From the NCBI GenBank assembly GCA_964646755.1, contig CAZYIE010000001.1, positions 4,160 to 68,159 on the forward strand: a DNA stretch of 64,000 nt, given 5' to 3'. Both the position numbers and the translations under genes were made by a program. The number at the start of each line of letters is the position of its first letter. Within the stretch, counting starts at the first letter, position 1. Of this stretch, positions 61,059 through 64,000 are shown piece after piece. Origin of the DNA: an uncultured Smithella sp. (GTDB lineage Bacteria > Desulfobacterota > Syntrophia > Syntrophales > Smithellaceae). The notes beneath the pieces are model-generated. The model had not been told where the DNA came from and did not search any database. It saw only the letters and a program-made list of their open reading frames with translations.

Positions 61059-61823
61059 TCACTTCATCCGGGCAAAGAGAATGCTGCCCAGCCCGAACAT
61101 AATTACGGCAAAGAATGTTATGACGCCAAGATCAACGTAAAAGGGGAAAACGTTTACGTTGAGCAATGCGCCTCTGACGCCATCCACGGCATAGGTCAGC
61201 GGGTTGAGCTTTACCAATCCAGTAAGCCAGCCGGGGAGCTTTTCATCAATCGGGAATAGCGCACCGGAAAGGAAGAAGAGCGGAAAAACAAGAAATGCCG
61301 AAATAACCTGAAATCCCTCCAGACTTTCCAGCATCGAGCCGAGAGCGAGGCCCATCGAGACCAGCGCAATTGATGTTATAAACAACAGGAGGAACGCCAG
61401 CGGGATGCCCCACGGGTTAATGGACGGAAATAGAAATGAGAACAAAAAGAGAATGATAATCTGGAGCATAACATCCGTGCAGCCGCCCAGAACTTTGCCT
61501 AAGAATATACTGATACGCGATACCGGTGCCACCAGGATAGCCTTAAGCACATCCAGTTTGCGGTCCCAGACAATGTAGAGGCCGAAGAAAACCGATCCGA
61601 AAAGTACCGACATGGTCAGGACGCCCGGGTAAATGTAGTCCTGATAATTGACGGCACTGATATTAACACTGGCTCCGATACCGGTGCCAAACAGGAAAAG
61701 CCACATGAGCGGCTGGACAATGCTGGAAACAATTCTACTTTTCTCCCGCTGAAAGACTTTTAACTCCCGCCACCAGACGGCGTAAATGCCCATCAATTCT
61801 TTTTGCCAGCGGTTTTCGTTCAT
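61059..61823 (-). CDS. ABC-2 type transporter permease
   Basis: Six TM helices. The start was moved to the ATG at 61823 (MNENRW), 4 nt after the ATPase stop, with a GGGGAAAT RBS. Confidence 0.8.
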   Translation of the reverse strand: MNENRWQKELMGIYAVWWRELKVFQREKSRIVSSIVQPLMWLFLFGTGIGASVNISAVNYQDYIYPGVLTMSVLFGSVFFGLYIVWDRKLDVLKAILVAPVSRISIFLGKVLGGCTDVMLQIIILFLFSFLFPSINPWGIPLAFLLLFITSIALVSMGLALGSMLESLEGFQVISAFLVFPLFFLSGALFPIDEKLPGWLTGLVKLNPLTYAVDGVRGALLNVNVFPFYVDLGVITFFAVIMFGLGSILFARMK

Positions 61824-61827
61824 CGGT

Positions 61828-62805
61828 TCAATTTCCCCTTTGGCGATAGCGGGCAACAGAGTCAACCCAACTGCCGGAATCTTCCGGAGAATCTTCCCGA
61901 ATATCGCGGCCGGTAAGCCGGATAAATACGTCACTGAGGGTGGGTACTCTTATCTCTACACATTCCACAGCAGGAATTATCGAGAGTAGTTCGGGCAGGT
62001 GGAGATGCGCATCTTTCATGGTTATTTCTACTCCGCCATCCTTAAGTTTAATTTCTTTTACGTAAGGCAGCGCCTTTATCTTTTGCACCGGAGGTTCTTT
62101 CGCTCGAATAACTACCAGATCACCGCCCATTGATTCCTTGAGATCATTCGGAGCATTAAGAGCGATTATCCGGCCGTGATCGATTATGCCCACGCGGTCG
62201 CAAACCCGTTCTGCTTCCTCCATATAATGAGTTGTGAGGACAACCGTTGTCTGTTCCTTTTGGGCCATCTTTTTAATGTAATCCCAGATGCGTTCCCGTG
62301 TCTGCGGATCCAGGCCGAGTGTCGGTTCATCCAGAAACAATGCCGCCGGCTGGTGCAAAAGGCCACGCGCCAGTTCCAGCCTGCGACGCATTCCACCGGA
62401 GTAAGTGCGGGTTAGATCATTGCGGCGGTCTGTGAGGTCAACTAGTTCCAGCATTTCCTCTATTCTTTTTTCCCGGACAGTTGCAGGAACGCCATAGAGG
62501 CGGGCATGAAGTTTGAGGTTTTCGTATCCGGTGAGAACGGTATCCAGCGTGGGATCTTGAAAAACTATACCCACCTTGCGCCGCACGCTGGCCGGATTAT
62601 TCACAATGTCGTACCCGGCAATCGTAGCCCTACCCGCAGTCGGGCGGATAATCGTGCAGAGCATTCCTATAGTAGTAGTCTTGCCGGCGCCGTTAGGGCC
62701 GAGCAGTCCGAATATCTCGCCTTTTTCTATATGCAAATCAATGCCGCGGACAGCCTGTACCCGGCCGTAGGTTTTAGTCAGGGCTTTGGTTTCTATAATA
62801 GACAT
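61828..62805 (-). CDS. ABC transporter ATP-binding protein (DrrA/ABC-2 exporter type)
   Basis: GPNGAGKTT, YSGGMRRRLELA and LFLDEPTLGLD. Length is 325 aa. Confidence 0.9.
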   Translation of the reverse strand: MSIIETKALTKTYGRVQAVRGIDLHIEKGEIFGLLGPNGAGKTTTIGMLCTIIRPTAGRATIAGYDIVNNPASVRRKVGIVFQDPTLDTVLTGYENLKLHARLYGVPATVREKRIEEMLELVDLTDRRNDLTRTYSGGMRRRLELARGLLHQPAALFLDEPTLGLDPQTRERIWDYIKKMAQKEQTTVVLTTHYMEEAERVCDRVGIIDHGRIIALNAPNDLKESMGGDLVVIRAKEPPVQKIKALPYVKEIKLKDGGVEITMKDAHLHLPELLSIIPAVECVEIRVPTLSDVFIRLTGRDIREDSPEDSGSWVDSVARYRQRGN

Positions 62806-62819
62806 AGCGGAAAATTCCT

Positions 62820-63725
62820 TTATAATTGTTTTACTGGAATTTCATTTGCTGTCAAAAATTTCAATTTGCCACATATACAGGGAAGGGGGTTCCCTTCCAG
62901 ACAGATATCAAAGCGCTTGATGTCATTGTCCTGCTCACTTTTTAAAATTATATTGCTTTCATAGTAGACAGGTGCTTTCAGGGCAATATCAAGCGTGATG
63001 CACATTTCCTCATCTGCCGGGCACAGGTATTTCAGGCTGCTCCCCAAGATCAGCAAGGGTTGGGCGAAATCACGCTTAAAGCCCAATAAACGGGCATATC
63101 TTGGCCAATAATGCAACGGATTGCCGTCGCCGGATAATTTGGAAAAACGATAACCAGTACCACCGGGAAGAAACCAGCGGGCAATTTCGGGAGCATCAGT
63201 CATAAGTTTGGACTGTGTTGGCAGATAATCCTTATCCGGCAGGCCAAATCTGCCGCGATAATAAAAGGTCTGCGTGTTTTCCCATACCGGCAATCCGGCA
63301 CTTTTCACAATGGAGGCAATATCCATTTCCAGGCCTTTTTCTCTGAGGCGTTGCCCGGCAATCTCACAGGAAAGATCAAGGGTTTCATCAAGTCCAATCC
63401 TCCGGTATTGCAATACCTGCATCCGGCTGTTCAATACCTGAAATAGCGATAAAGGCGCCGCTTTGTGGGCGAGTATCCTTTGCAACAGTGGGTAGATCAG
63501 CGTGAAAGGGAAGACAACGGGAAGTTTCTCGCTGCTTTCTATTCCGCAGATACTGCAAAATTCCAACAACTGCGCCCTGTCAATGGTCACGCTATTTTGT
63601 TTTGCGGCTATCCGGGGAAATGGTTTCCCGGCATCGAATTTACTGCTTCTGCCCAGGAAGGCAAGGAAAGCAGTGGCTTTCATCGATGGTTGGTTTTTAA
63701 AAATTAGGTCGATCGATTTACTCAT
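62820..63725 (-). CDS. MaoC-like (double hotdog) dehydratase-family protein
   Basis: The hydratase-2-like motif LSGDGNPLHYWPRYA is in the C-terminal half. At 301 aa the length is consistent with a fused double hotdog. Confidence 0.55.
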   Translation of the reverse strand: MSKSIDLIFKNQPSMKATAFLAFLGRSSKFDAGKPFPRIAAKQNSVTIDRAQLLEFCSICGIESSEKLPVVFPFTLIYPLLQRILAHKAAPLSLFQVLNSRMQVLQYRRIGLDETLDLSCEIAGQRLREKGLEMDIASIVKSAGLPVWENTQTFYYRGRFGLPDKDYLPTQSKLMTDAPEIARWFLPGGTGYRFSKLSGDGNPLHYWPRYARLLGFKRDFAQPLLILGSSLKYLCPADEEMCITLDIALKAPVYYESNIILKSEQDNDIKRFDICLEGNPLPCICGKLKFLTANEIPVKQL

Positions 63726-63746
63726 GGAGATTGTTTTCCTTCAGCC

Positions 63747-64000
63747 CTATTTGTTTTTCTTTGTCTCTTTCTTGCTTTGTTTGGCAAGTATTTTTAGAGT
63801 CTTTTTATCGATGCGGGCATCCTGTTCCGGCGACTGAGTATTCCGCTCTTTTGACACAGATGAGTCCGAGAGCACAGAATAGTCTTCAGCGGGCGGGCTT
63901 TCTATTGCTGATGGGTTCTGTCTTTTTAATCGGGTAAACTGTATTTTTTTGATGATGGTCTGAGCCAGCATCTTGCCGAACTGGCCGATAAAACCGGCAA
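63747..64000 (-). CDS. Unknown protein, 5'-partial (continues beyond the window); Lys-rich low-complexity C-terminus
   Basis: The frame stays open to nt 64000 (..AGFIGQFGKMLAQT..). It ends in KQSKKETKKNK, 21 nt upstream of the MaoC-like gene start. Confidence 0.4.
   Translation of the reverse strand, partial: AGFIGQFGKMLAQTIIKKIQFTRLKRQNPSAIESPPAEDYSVLSDSSVSKERNTQSPEQDARIDKKTLKILAKQSKKETKKNK

Overview
This 64-kb chromosomal window is mostly core, syntenic genes. Gene content and order resemble Desulfobacterota/deltaproteobacterial chromosomes, but that taxon call is inference only.

Core blocks:
- A complete dcw cell-division/cell-wall cluster, mraZ through ftsZ (37.3-54.5 kb).
- A Tol-Pal cluster: tolQ, tolR, a tolA-like gene, tolB, pal, cpoB (15.4-20.4 kb).
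- rplM-rpsI-argC-cysS.
- An envelope block: ctpA, a YibQ-like gene, a TPR lipoprotein, a LolB-like gene, a pbpG-like gene.
- selB, ruvX and mltG.
- Nickel-pincer (NPN) cofactor genes larC, larB and larE.

No rRNA, tRNA, CRISPR array, transposase or integrase was recognised.

The clearly accessory segment is about 4.1 kb (about 2.45-6.6 kb), wedged between larB and larE. It contains:
- a BrnT/BrnA toxin-antitoxin pair, with a possible relic of a second brnT start;
- a 701-codon chimeric ORF;
- a frameshifted small gene;
- an orphan HigA-type antitoxin with a palindrome-bearing promoter.

The chimeric ORF joins an MORC/MutL-type GHKL ATPase and an HExxH region, in frame, to the 5' half of an RpoH-type sigma-32 gene. 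That sigma gene is itself frameshifted and truncated. The GHKL-HExxH protein is the best candidate here for an uncharacterised conflict or defence gene.

Smaller observations:
- a three-stem structured intergenic element at 30.35 kb;
- a textbook-looking Pmra promoter followed by three GTGG repeats at 10-bp spacing in front of mraZ;
- GC-rich hairpin repeats after larE;
- gene relics (an internally deleted cupin and a hemerythrin C-terminus);
- an ATPase translationally coupled to a PAS-GGDEF cyclase.

All calls rest on reading the ORF translations and the DNA. No database search or computation was run.
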